From positions 558,001-622,000 of the forward strand of contig OX597825.1 in the NCBI GenBank assembly GCA_951406725.2: a stretch of 64,000 nucleotides of DNA. The letters run 5' to 3'. The stretch comes from Octopus vulgaris. Taxonomy: Eukaryota. The first letter of the stretch is position 1, and each line of letters starts with the position of its first letter. Below the pieces are notes generated by a model. The model was not told where the DNA came from. It did not search any database and saw nothing but the letters and a program-made list of their open reading frames with translations. The translations under genes and the position numbers were made by a program. Shown here piece by piece: positions 30,701-40,290 of this stretch.

Positions 30701-32247
30701 CCCCCTCAACTGGAGTGGGGGAGGAGTAGTACTGAGGGACAGAAAAGATGTTTTGCATTAGAATAAAAACATAGATAACTCAGAGAGTGAGATAGGAGAG
30801 AAAAATGAAGATGTGACAAAGAGGGGCAGCCCCCCCCACACACACACCCAAGTTACAGTGATTGGAGAGGGTGAGGGAGTTTACAAGATTGACGGGAGAG
30901 TGGGAGCTAAAAGGGAGGATGTAATGAGTGGGCAGTGGTAGAGGAACAAGGTATTTGGATTATGTTGTGGGGAAGGGATTGAACAGGGACATTGTGTGCA
31001 GGTAGGTATGTGAGGGAGAGTGGAGGGGAGAGGGATACAATGGTGGTAAGCATAAATGGGCTGTGGAGAAGGGATGGGGGTCACACACATGGATTTTATG
31101 AAGAGGAGCAGGTCAGGGCACTTGAAAACGAATCAGAAACTGCACCAATTGAAACAGTAAAGGTTAAATATTACATTCTCCCTACATCACGTCAAGGACA
31201 CCTCTCTCTCTCTCCTTTTGCTTTCACCCTACTCTCTCACTCCTTGCTTTTCCTCCTCATCTTTCCCTTCAACTAATCATGTGATGCATTTTAGCCTTAG
31301 TGTACTAATACATTGATGCTCTATGTTTAACCTTTTAGCATTTAAACCAGCCATATTCAGCCCAAATATTCTACATGTTTTGTGGTCAAACTGACAAGAT
31401 CCAGCCTCTCACACCGACCCTACAATGTCATTTGGAAAACAAACAATCATCCAAGTCTTGAAGCTATGAGATAATGCATGATTAATTCAAAACAACATAA
31501 ATAAATAAGTATTACATACGACAGAGTGATCCTGATGCTAAAGGGTGAAATTCTTTTGAGATCAGCTTTACCCTTCGTGCTTCCAGAATCAAGAAAAAAA
31601 TGTACCAGAATCAATCAAGTACTGCGGTCAGTTTAATCAATTATAAATGAGAAGCTGGAGCCCCTGAGGCAGTCCATTCTGTAACTCCAGCCAGAATGGA
31701 ACTGGTGCTAAGCTTCATCAGCCCTTGCCCCCCATACCCTACCTGAAGTTGTTGAGGAGAGGAAACCTGCTGCATAAGTACTTGCAAACAATCTTACCTA
31801 GGTCTACACCCTGGAGACGATGCCCCACTGTCACATCCCAGACCGATCGTCTCGTAAAGAATATGGATGCCAAAGAAATTAGTTTGAACTACTCTAATAC
31901 TACTGACCATGCTGCAGCACTGCCAAAATTATTCATACAAATATCTAAAATTCTTTTGAAAGTTATCTAAGATGAATATTTTGGAAAAGAATGACTAAAA
32001 CACTAAAGAGACAACTGTGCTCACCAATGGCCAAAATTCCTCCTTTCTTTTCATGCACTTCACTACTGGATACCATCTCAAAGACATTGTGGTTAATCTC
32101 ATCAATGAATGCATTCTGGTCATCTAAAGGCATCTCAGGAACATCAGTGTTAACATAACGATAAAGTTCGTAGGCTGTTGCCAGTCGACTTTCGTCATTG
32201 CGGCTACGTAAGCCAGTGATAAAAGGAGTTATATGTTTGGATGTCAT
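209..32247 (-). CDS. MTOR: Serine/threonine kinase mTOR, N-terminal HEAT region; 14 coding exons in window, 3'-incomplete
   Basis: complement join of 32025-32247, 20615-20850, 18312-18413, 16003-16101, 12810-12944, 10639-10701, 9713-9880, 7917-8032, 7079-7258, 5333-5461, 4347-4504, 2705-2776, 1475-1593, 209-302. All have GT..AG boundaries and compatible phases (1894 nt). TOR-like peptides: EKKGGILAI, ISRFANYLRNL, PTFFFQQV, IQDGLLRMLSLIL, LALSTLGSFDFEGHSLTQFV, VADVLKKLLIVGITDP. Confidence 0.97.
705..975 (+). mobile_element. Decayed R4/Dong-like non-LTR fragment (restriction-like endonuclease region)
   Basis: Frameshifted YEHKPE..WDFPIKTDH..PDIIIEDK..EKIKNYQDLAREMRRL. Confidence 0.6.
1475..1593 (-). 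CDS. MTOR: mTOR coding exon 13
   Basis: HSLTQFVLHCAENYLCSRSKKIRSEAIRTCARLLIPLLT; 119 nt. Confidence 0.95.
2705..2776 (-). CDS. MTOR: mTOR coding exon 12
   Basis: GSDSQDDTSITLALSTLGSFDFE; 72 nt, phase 1/1. Confidence 0.92.
4347..4504 (-). CDS. MTOR: mTOR coding exon 11
   Basis: PALTAALRDLATYIPQMKKDIQDGLLRMLSLILIGRPLQHPGAPK; 158 nt. Confidence 0.95.
5333..5461 (-). CDS. MTOR: mTOR coding exon 10
   Basis: KQKAISVEPSVFTCISMLGRALETSIARDMKDILDSMLFTGL; 129 nt. Confidence 0.95.
5755..6540 (+). mobile_element. RTE LINE RT fragment in mTOR intron
   Basis: GITAKMLK, STTDAIFL, FVDLEKAFD, LLYADDLAL, KTKVLVSRK remnants. Confidence 0.9.
7079..7258 (-). CDS. MTOR: mTOR coding exon 9
   Basis: YLRDTIVYLLNALRRDKERAAAFQAVGLLAVAV...LPPKDLPQ; 180 nt. 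Confidence 0.95.
7917..8032 (-). CDS. MTOR: mTOR coding exon 8
   Basis: VANLVHQLYQGNRSSYVQQVMLKAIPRLAAFDPELFSR; 116 nt, ends phase 2. Confidence 0.93.
9713..9880 (-). CDS. MTOR: mTOR coding exon 7
   Basis: EFSPRRRSPANTSG...LFESRVCKELMTKNYDK; 168 nt open, AG/GT. Confidence 0.88.
10639..10701 (-). CDS. MTOR: mTOR coding exon 6
   Basis: RLRVEMEDLAIQQNTFEKAVK; 63 nt, cttcag| and |gtgagt. Confidence 0.9.
12810..12944 (-). CDS. MTOR: mTOR coding exon 5
   Basis: TCLEEALRPYSDALAKEKRLNKDDWLHGSLLIINELLRCSNMEGE; 135 nt. Confidence 0.95.
13925..14145 (+). mobile_element. SINE family 2 (Meta-domain-like central motif) with 18-bp TSD
   Basis: ggcagcgagctggcagaa...gagttcaaatt...gcctttcatccc...gtcgattaaataagtacc; TSD agaaatatggtaacaaaa at 13907-13924 and 14146-14163; relatives approx. 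350-550(-), 22345-22510, 45785-46125, 56022-56180, 57085-57290(-). Confidence 0.85.
16003..16101 (-). CDS. MTOR: mTOR coding exon 4
   Basis: PAVREAAVAALRATLAVTSQRETKRDHSEDWYK; 99 nt, AG/GT. Confidence 0.95.
17145..17395. mobile_element. hAT/Charlie-like MITE
   Basis: Termini cagtggttct ... agaaccactg. Confidence 0.6.
18312..18413 (-). CDS. MTOR: mTOR coding exon 3
   Basis: VLILKELATFTPTFFFQQVPQFFENIFNAVRDPK; 102 nt, AG/GT. Confidence 0.95.
19226..19433. mobile_element. pogo/Tigger-like MITE
   Basis: ta|cagtagaacttcagtttttaaacaactctgatt ... aatcaaagttgttcaaaaaccaaggtaccactg|ta, about 45-bp imperfect TIRs. Confidence 0.72.
20109..20156. repeat. (TA)n microsatellite (others approx. 36297-36324, 53675-53707, 58859-58892)
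   Basis: Direct reading. Confidence 0.95.
20615..20850 (-). CDS. MTOR: mTOR coding exon 2
   Basis: (A)TLVGVDIGNAATKISRFANYLRNL...GERHEGQRYSA; tttacag| and |gtaagt; 236 nt. Confidence 0.95.
21121..21668 (+). mobile_element. RTE 3'-end copy
   Basis: Closely matches 51385-51958; ends gttaaacgatgatg. Confidence 0.85.
24840..25261. repeat. Direct tandem duplication, 2 x 211 bp
   Basis: 24840-25050 repeated at 25051-25261, no mismatch seen. Confidence 0.95.
28835..29002. repeat. Compound (TG)n/(GA)n low-complexity tract
   Basis: Direct reading. Confidence 0.85.
31331..31545. mobile_element. piggyBac-like MITE family 2 (copies at 7555-7770, 10988-11190, approx. 24527-24735, partial 22510-22670)
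   Basis: ttaa|cc(c)tttagcat...atgctaaaggg|ttaa consensus; shared internal gcctctcacacctaccctacaatgtcatt. Confidence 0.8.
32025..32247 (-). CDS. MTOR: mTOR coding exon 1 (ATG at 32247; exon extends in 5'UTR to acceptor at 32311)
   Basis: MTSKHITPFITGLRSRNDESR...HEKKGGILAI; donor G|gtgagc (phase 1); upstream acceptor ttttcttacag|. Confidence 0.93.
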
Positions 32248-33170
32248 TTTGGTAAAATTGTCTCTCCACACAGAGGCACTGCCCAAACTTCTTTTTTCAA
32301 TCCAGTTTAATCTGTAAGAAAAAAACAAAAAAATTCTTAAACAGCATAAGAAACATTTTTAAACAGGAAAACACTAATTTCATGGTAGTAAAACAGCGTG
32401 ATTTTAGTATGATTGAAACACCTAATGATATCACAACTATACATCCATTGTGTGTGATAGGTGTAGGAATGGCTGTGTGGTTAATAAGCTCACCTTGCAA
32501 CCCCATGCGCCTTGGACAAGTGTTTTCTGCTATAGGCATGAACTGATCAATGCCTGAAGTGAATTTGGTTGACAGAAAAACAGTGTGAAAGTTCATCGTG
32601 CACACACACACGTACTATGAGAGTTGAATCATTGGTTACACCATGATGTTCTGGTGCACTGAGCAGCTAGCTTTCTTTATCTGCAGTAATTCATGAATAC
32701 ATAACTGTATTGTATAATGCACAGCGTGCACATCAGTGCAGACATTTATTCCACACTGAAATTATTATTACATGAAGACGGCTGCGAAATGGCTGTAACC
32801 TTAAGGATGTTGAGTGGTTAAATAACTACATCCACCTGTCATACTTCCTGACTTTTTATGGTTTATATACTCCTCATGAAATAATTTCAACAATTGTATC
32901 TTCTGGATTTCAGCTGCATGGACACTTTGCATCATTACACTTTTCTTTACGTGGATTACTATGTGGTCTGTTAGCCAAGTCCACTAAAAGATTTTGATAG
33001 CCACACAATTCTATGAATCCGGATATTACACTACAAATTTTTTAAACTCTTCCTATTAAAATAAGGACTTATTACATTGACACAAAGGCAATAAACATTT
33101 TGGAATATGATTATAGTTAACAATAGCAGTGGTTTTCAAACTATAAATGGTAACCCTGCCCTTTCCTTAA

Positions 33171-33392
33171 CCCTTTTGCTACCATATTTCTGTTGAGATG
33201 CTCTGTATTTCTTTCAATTAATTTTAAATATAACAAAGAATTTAGTAAAATAACTTACTTATGATTAAGCTAGTGTCAGGAACATAAATTGTGACTAAAG
33301 TTTGGTGGAAGATTTTAATTCAGAACCTTTGAAAACAAGACATTTGTACTACAGGGCCAGAGGTGGTTTCAGATGGGTTGGTATCAAAAGGG
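33171..33392. mobile_element. piggyBac-like MITE (TTAA TSD)
   Basis: ttaa|cccttttgctacca ... tggtatcaaaaggg|ttaa; 13/14 terminal inverted match. Confidence 0.85.
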
Positions 33393-34337
33393 TTAATTAA
33401 ACATTTAATCATTGTTACTGTCTTCCCAGATGCTGATGCATTTTACATAGAATTTTTGGTCCTTCAAAGTTGACTGAGCTTTTGGCATTGTAAAATTGGG
33501 GCTGAAAAATTCTACTAGTATGCCAGGAAATACAGGATCTATTTCCATGGAACAGTAACAATTGCTGAAGGAAAAAGGCTTTGAATGCCATCATCAAAAA
33601 GCTGTGTATCTAAGTCCCTTGAACAGTGTTGTGTAGGGTGAAATACTAAACCTACAGAAAACAAAAAAATGATTAAAAACTGGTAAACTTGGTGGTGGGG
33701 GGAATTTGGTGATAACTGAGATAGAAGCTAATAATTATCTTCCAGATTGATATTTTACAATGATGAAATTAATTCTGAGCAACAGCTACAGTAAATTGAA
33801 GGCAAATCTCTATCATTTGCATTGTGATAACAAAACTATTGAAATGTCGTCACTAAAGTAAATAATTTCTTATAGAGTTCTAAATATTTTCACCTTCCTT
33901 TAAAATAATAAAATTTATCCAGGAAAGAAGGGTGGAACACAAAACCTTTGTAGGCTCTTCCAAATTGGTGAGACTGATGTGACTGGTACCCAACCTGATC
34001 ACCTACAGGTTAATGCTTGGGTGGAAAAGTAAGTAGGAAATGAAAGGAAAGGAACTAGATTTGGTTCGAATGATTGCAGCAGAAATCAAATTCTACTCAA
34101 AGGACCTAAGAACTAGCCAGTGGTATTAATCAAGTTATTTATTTACTTCTAATAAGGATTAAGAACAGAGTAAACCTGCCTAATCTCAAAATATGACCCA
34201 TACTTAGTTCAATGAAAATATTCCTCTGCTACAGGAGCAGGGTGGTGACTATTTGGAGTAGCACTTTATGGTTATATATATTTCATGTTGACAGCAAATA
34301 CCTGCTTTTGAAGTAAGGAATTTTGTTTTATTCCACA

Positions 34338-34685
34338 GATGTGGCTGTGTGGTAAGAAGTTTGCTTTCTTATCACATGGTTCTGGGTTCAATCTCACTGC
34401 ATAGTACTTAGGGCAAGTGTCTTCTATAACTCTAGGCCAACCAAAACTTTACAAGTGGATTTGGGAGATGGAAACTAAAAACATGTGTTACTGTCTCTGT
34501 TTTGACATCACAATGAGATTAATAAACGAGTATCATTGTCATGCAAGTGGGGGGGGGGGGAATATTACCTTACTTGGAAACAGGTGAGGGCATAGGAAGG
34601 CATCCAGCCATAGAAAATCCACCTCAATAAATTCCATCTGACCCATACAAGAATGGAAAAGTGGGCCTTAAAATGATGATAATGG
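34338..34685 (+). mobile_element. SINE with family-1 head and RTE-type (GAT)n tail
   Basis: gtggctgtgtggtaagaag head followed by ggaaggcatccagcc...atgatgat; similar at 4790-5140(-) and 27835-28190(+). Confidence 0.7.
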
Positions 34686-36088
34686 TCTTAAAAAAGTGCA
34701 GAATGACTGGTCATAATGTCAATAAGGAATGTAAACAGCAGATCACCATTTCACTCGAGTGACAAGCAACTCTGTGGAATTTCAACACGCACACACACAA
34801 ATAGTGTTTCTAACAATCAAATCCACTTACAAGGTGTTGATTAGCCCAGGGCTACAATAAAAGACACTGGCTCAAGATATGCCATACAGTGGGGTTGAAA
34901 CCATGATCAAGTGGTTACAAAGCAAAATTCATAACTGCACAGACAAAGCTTTTACCAATTATTTCATTGACAACAAGAAATATATTTATTTAATGATATA
35001 AACCAGTTGCAGACTTTCCTGTTGTAGATGACAGATGAGGGTTATGCAAATTGATGCAGAACCGGAACGGAAGATTGGTTTCTAGTGACTGAATGTCTTT
35101 GCAGTACATGAGCTCGCTCCTTCCATCAAATTGACATTGCCTCTACAGGTGCATGATGTGTCACATCAGAAGTGATCCCAATGCAACAGGAGATGAACTG
35201 TTTTGCTCAAGAACATAAATGCACCACTCAGTCCAGGAATTGAAATCATAATCTCACAATTGTGAGTGGAACACCATAATGCCTAATTGATATGTACCAC
35301 TTACTGTGGTACACATCAATTAATCTTAACAATTTTACCACAATAAAAGGAATCAACTTTATGAATACAAGTAACTGTATTTTACAGAAGCATTGCCTTC
35401 CTGAAAACATTAGTCACATGAAATTCCTTAACACAAAACCCATTTCCCCTGATTTACATGTAAAGAAATTATTTTTATCATTATTTTAGCTGTTGGATGA
35501 TAAAACCATAAGGCTACAATCTTGACTTAAATACACTGCTTTTTAGTTTAAAATCCACAGCCTCTTCCAATCCGCTATATAGACACATTATTGTTTTTAT
35601 TCAAAAACATCAAAAATGAAAATAAAAAAAGAGTGAAAGTCACACACTTATCTACAATGTATTCCCCTGCTTTTTTTTTTTTTTTTGTCTTTTAAAGAAA
35701 CAAAAATATCTTGGTTTTCTTGAAAAGTTCTAGTAATTTTCAATATTTTGTTCTGGCCTTTTTACAGACTGGCTTCAAATCCCGCTAGCTTTTCCCAAAA
35801 TCCAACAGTTATGTCTCTTCCCAGCAACTGATTGAACATGTATCAAGCTTTAGACAATATGTCTGATTTACTTTGATACAATAATTTCATGTTACCGCCA
35901 TATAAAGCAGAAACCGTATCTTGCAATGCATGGGATGCCAGTATTCAAAGTATGACTCGTTTAGGGTGCAACGTTTCCCCACCCTCGTCCCAATTTTAAC
36001 TTGGTGCTTATGCTAAATCTGTTGACTTTAAAGAAATAAACCAAATTGGCAGGAGCAGACCTACAGGAAAGCAAGGCTACCAATACAT

Positions 36089-36289
36089 CTCTTTCTCTTT
36101 TACTTGTTTCAGTCATTTGACTGCGGCCATGCTGGAGCACCGCCTTTAATCGAGCAACTCGACTCCGGGACTTATTCTTTGTAAGCCCAGTACTTATTCT
36201 ATCGGTCTCTTTTTTGCCGAACCGCTAAGTGACGGGGACGTAAACACACCAGCATCGGTTGTCAAACGATGCTAGGGGGACAAACACAG

Positions 36290-36324
<35 letters not shown>

Positions 36325-36487
36325 CGACAGGCTTCTTTCAGTTTCCGTCTACCAAATCCACTCACAAGGCATTGGTCGGCCCGGGGCTATAGCAGAAGAC
36401 ACTTGCCCAAGATGCCACGCAGTGGGACTGAACCCGGAACCATGTGGTTGGTTAGCAAGCTACTTACCACACAGCCACTCCTGCGCC
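36089..36487 (-). mobile_element. tRNA-headed, CORE-like SINE family 1, young copy
   Basis: Head ggcgcaggagtggctgtgtgg (A box), ggttcagtcc (B box), cttgggcaagt core, internal (TA)n, tail tgactgaaacaagtaaaag; near-identical to 58723-59085. Confidence 0.88.
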
Positions 36488-36493
36488 TATCGA

Positions 36494-36714
36494 CTGGGTT
36501 GGTGCATAATTATTGCGGCTTTTTTTTCAACAAATACAAAACATCTTTGAATGATGGTCTGACCGTCTGCCAAGCAAATGGGAAGCAGTAATTGAAGTAA
36601 ATGGTGAATATGCTCCGGAATAATCATTTAAAGATGTTTTTGTTACATGTTGTTATTGTTTTTGTTGAATAAAATTTGCTGCAAAAAAGCTGCAATAATT
36701 ATGCACCACCCCAA
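36494..36714. mobile_element. mariner-like MITE
   Basis: TIRs tgggttggtgcataattattgcggc / gctgcaataattatgcaccaccccaa|ta resembling Hsmar1-type TIRs. Confidence 0.8.
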
Positions 36715-37170
36715 TACATAAACCCAACTCGCAGTTGATTAAACATACATCAAATTTTAGACAACATATTCAAGTTATATTTTAATACCATTTAAATTCC
36801 ACATACTGTGAAATTGACTTCTTACATAGGTGGAAGTCCTTGATTCTGAAGGGAATGCATATTCCATTGTGTAGACCCTTAGAACTTGTCCGGATGAAAA
36901 GCAAAGTTGACTGCAAGGATTTAAACTCAGAAGAGACCATATCTAAATGGCACAAGGCATTTTATGGGACACTCCAGCCATTCTGTCAACTCACTACACT
37001 TACAGCACAATAACAGACAACAACAAGATGAAGCACAATCGAGAAATGCATAGCAACCACGTAGTCATTCCCACAAAGGTAACACATAAACATCAAAATG
37101 CTTTTTTCCTGCTTTTCACAATAAGTAGAAATAATCAACAGGTGAAATATCCAAATTGAATTTAGAGAAT

Positions 37171-37498
37171 TGACAGATTCACAGAAGAAGTTTCATGGGA
37201 ATATTGAATTTACAAGCGGTCCCCGACATCCTGCATGCATATCCCGAGTGACGGGACACCATGTTTGCTGCAGAATCTCCTCAGATGAAGGGACAGAACG
37301 ACCTCGAAGCCGCCGGTTGCCGATCAAACGCCTCTTGGAACTCTCAGGTCTGCACAGATGGAACTGCGAATGGCTTGCTATCTCCAGTGATCTCACACAG
37401 GACCGTCAAGCACGGGCCGCCATGGTTCGTGATGCCGTTAGGAACAGAGAAGAAGCCGGCTCAACCTGCCCTGAGTGAACGCCATCACAAGTACAAGT
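37171..37498 (+). mobile_element. 5'-truncated non-LTR (RTE-like) insertion of a second family with 12-bp TSD
   Basis: Flanked by aatttagagaat (37159-37170, 37499-37510); GC/CpG-rich; encodes DLTQDRQARAAMVRDAV; ends caagtacaagt. Confidence 0.75.
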
Positions 37499-39190
37499 AA
37501 TTTAGAGAATGAATGGAGAGAAAATCTGAGATGAACCTTAATGGAAATAGTTGCATCAATAATGGATATGTTACAAGTTGGCAGCTCAATATTATACTAA
37601 ATACTCAAGATCGTGATCTTGAAAATATTGACTTCTAAGGTCTTTACTCAAAAAATTAGCATTCCACTGAAATAATTTCTAAACCAGCTTTTTAGTGGTT
37701 TCTGTCTTTAAGTCATCAGTATAGAGTACCTCTAAGGCCATTTATACATGAATTCCCTAAACAGACCTTTGATGATCAAGAAATCTATTATGTTTTGTTT
37801 CTGAAGGACCTTCTCACCCAATTGGTGCAGAATAAAAAATAAAATCCATTATGTCCCCACATCATCCACTTTTCATGTTTGTTTCACATGCTGGGTTGAA
37901 CTGGACAGTCTGGCAGAGTCCTGTAAGCTGTAGGATTACATTGAGCTCCAATATCAGGTTCAGCATGGTTTCAATAGCTTGATGCTCTTCCAAAGTCTAG
38001 CCTAATAACATTTCTATATTAATCTGCGAATGCTCTCGATGTGAATGTCTTCATCAACACCATTCAACCAAGACAATGACATTTGTATATTTTCTCTGTA
38101 TTTCAGCAAGATGGGTAAGGACTGGAGTATAAAGAAAAAAACGAAAAAAAAAAAAAAATTGTAAAGGGAGAAGTGGCTGAAAACTGATCAGCAGAGAAAA
38201 ATGGATGTGAAATGATGATGAGAGACTGCTGCAGAGTTTGTCAACCAAATTGCACTCACAAAGCATTGATCAACTTGCACAGAGAGAACCATGGAGGATG
38301 CAAGGCCAACCTCTTAATCATATAGTACTACCTGCACTGAGTGAGTGAGGACATTCCCTCTTACTGTCAGCAAAATCATCATCATTTAACATCCATTTTC
38401 CATGCTGCCAAGGGGTGGATGGTTTTTCAGGGGTCCAAGGACAGCATCAAACTCCAGCATTAGCTTTGGCATCGTTTCTCTGGCTGGACGCCCATTCCTA
38501 ACACCAACCATTTCACGGGGTCTACAAAGAATGCTTTTCTCATGCCACCAGCACTATGAGATTGCTATGCAGTTTGCCAGTCTATAAAACTTAAGAAGGG
38601 GAATGGGTGCATTATGTTAGGTGGGGGTTAAGGAATGAGAGAAGAGGTTGGGGTACAGCAAATTCTTGCTGTAGAGGAGCTACCTGGCTACTCATATTTA
38701 GGAGAGAGTGAATGAGTTAATTGGTGGTACCTCCAAAGGGATAGTGATGATGAGGTGCACAGGTGGCACCTCAATTACTTGTTCTTGTGGGATCATTCCC
38801 CTGTTGTGGGTTGAGCTGGCTCTGACCAACAAGTTCACCACATCCTTCATGACTACTGACCACATCAGACGGTTGGTGGCAGTCAAGGTAGTCCAGTTTG
38901 ACAATTGGACAACTGCCCCACTAAGAGAGCAAGTGCACCAGATAGCACAAACACTGTAGCTGTCGTTGTCATTCACTGTTGCAACTCAAGTAATAGTGGA
39001 TGGGAGTTTGCAAGGATATATGTGGAAAGAGATAAGAGGAAGGTAATATCTGTAAAGATTGAAAAGGTTTGAAGGTGGGACAGGAGTTGGGGAGGCTTGA
39101 AGGATGCTAGCAGCAATCCTAATATTTCATTATTATCAGTAATTCACAATAAACTAAGAATTAAATCAACATGGACTCTGTCCCTAAACA

Positions 39191-39280
39191 GTCACACTTT
39201 CAGGTGTCGGCCTCATCACTGTCACACTTTCAGGTGTCGGCCTCATCACTGTCACACTTTCAGGTGTTGGCCTCATCACT
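39191..39280. repeat. Minisatellite, 3 x 30 bp
   Basis: gtcacactttcaggtgtcggcctcatcact x3 (one C>T). Confidence 0.95.
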
Positions 39281-39882
39281 GTATACCAGATAAAAAAAAA
39301 TTAATAAAAATCAAACCAATGAGGGAGTTCTCAACTGGGGTCCATTAGGGCTTTTGGAGGTTAAAATTTATGTACACTTTACACACTGAAACCCCACAAC
39401 CCATGTCTAACTATCATACAACTTGCATTTGTGAAGAGAAACTTTATGGCTTACAAAGTATCAATCCAGGACAGTGAACTGCAGAACTGTAAGAATGTTG
39501 GACAAGATGCTTTACTCTATTTGGTCCAGCTTTTTGCATCTTAAGTTCAAATCCTGCCATAACTAATTTGGTCAGTGGGACTAATTTGTGGCCCAGTTTG
39601 ACACTAACAACTAGTACCTTGGGTGCTCTTAGCTGAATCCATTTTTTTGTAATCATTCAATCACCAGGTCACTACTTTAACAGTTTGCTCCTTCTAACTA
39701 GTCAAGCAAACCCATAAAAGGGTCATGGGTATTGCCTCCTACCCTAAAAAACCCTTCCTAGCTCTATAAATCCTAGATTCTTACTGCTTCTACCTCCACC
39801 ACTTAAGTACATCACCAATATAACAGTTGACTGTCAACTAGCTATTAAGATCATAGGTTAGCTTGCAGCTAATTATTCCCAT

Positions 39883-40290
39883 ACATCATCATCATCGTTT
39901 AACATCCGTTCTCCATGCTAGCATGGGTTGGACGGTTCGACCGGGGTCTGGGAAGCCAGGAGGCTGCACCAGGCTCCAGTTTGATCTGGCAGTGTTTCTA
40001 CAGTTGGATGCCCTTCCTAACGCCAACCACTCCGTGAGTGTAGTGGGTGCTTTTTACATGCCACCTGCACAGGTGCCAGGCGAGGCTGGCAGCGGCCACG
40101 ATCAGTTGGTGCTTTTTACGTGCCACCAGCACTGGGGCCAGATGAGGCTGGCAAACAGCCACGATCGGTTGGTGCTTTTACATGTCACTGACACGGACGC
40201 CAGTCAGGCGGCCCTGGCAACTGCCATGTTTGGACGGTGCTTTTAACGTGTCACCGGCACGGGTATCTTAACTACAATTTCCATTTATTA
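39883..40290 (-). mobile_element. RTE 3'UTR/tail copy with internal subrepeats
   Basis: catcatcatcatcgtttaacatccg...ggatgcccttcctaacgccaaccac, matching 53707-53915. Confidence 0.85.

Noticed and set aside
39191-39280. 30-bp repeats as a CRISPR array
   Set aside because: No spacers, eukaryotic intron context and no cas genes; it is a minisatellite.
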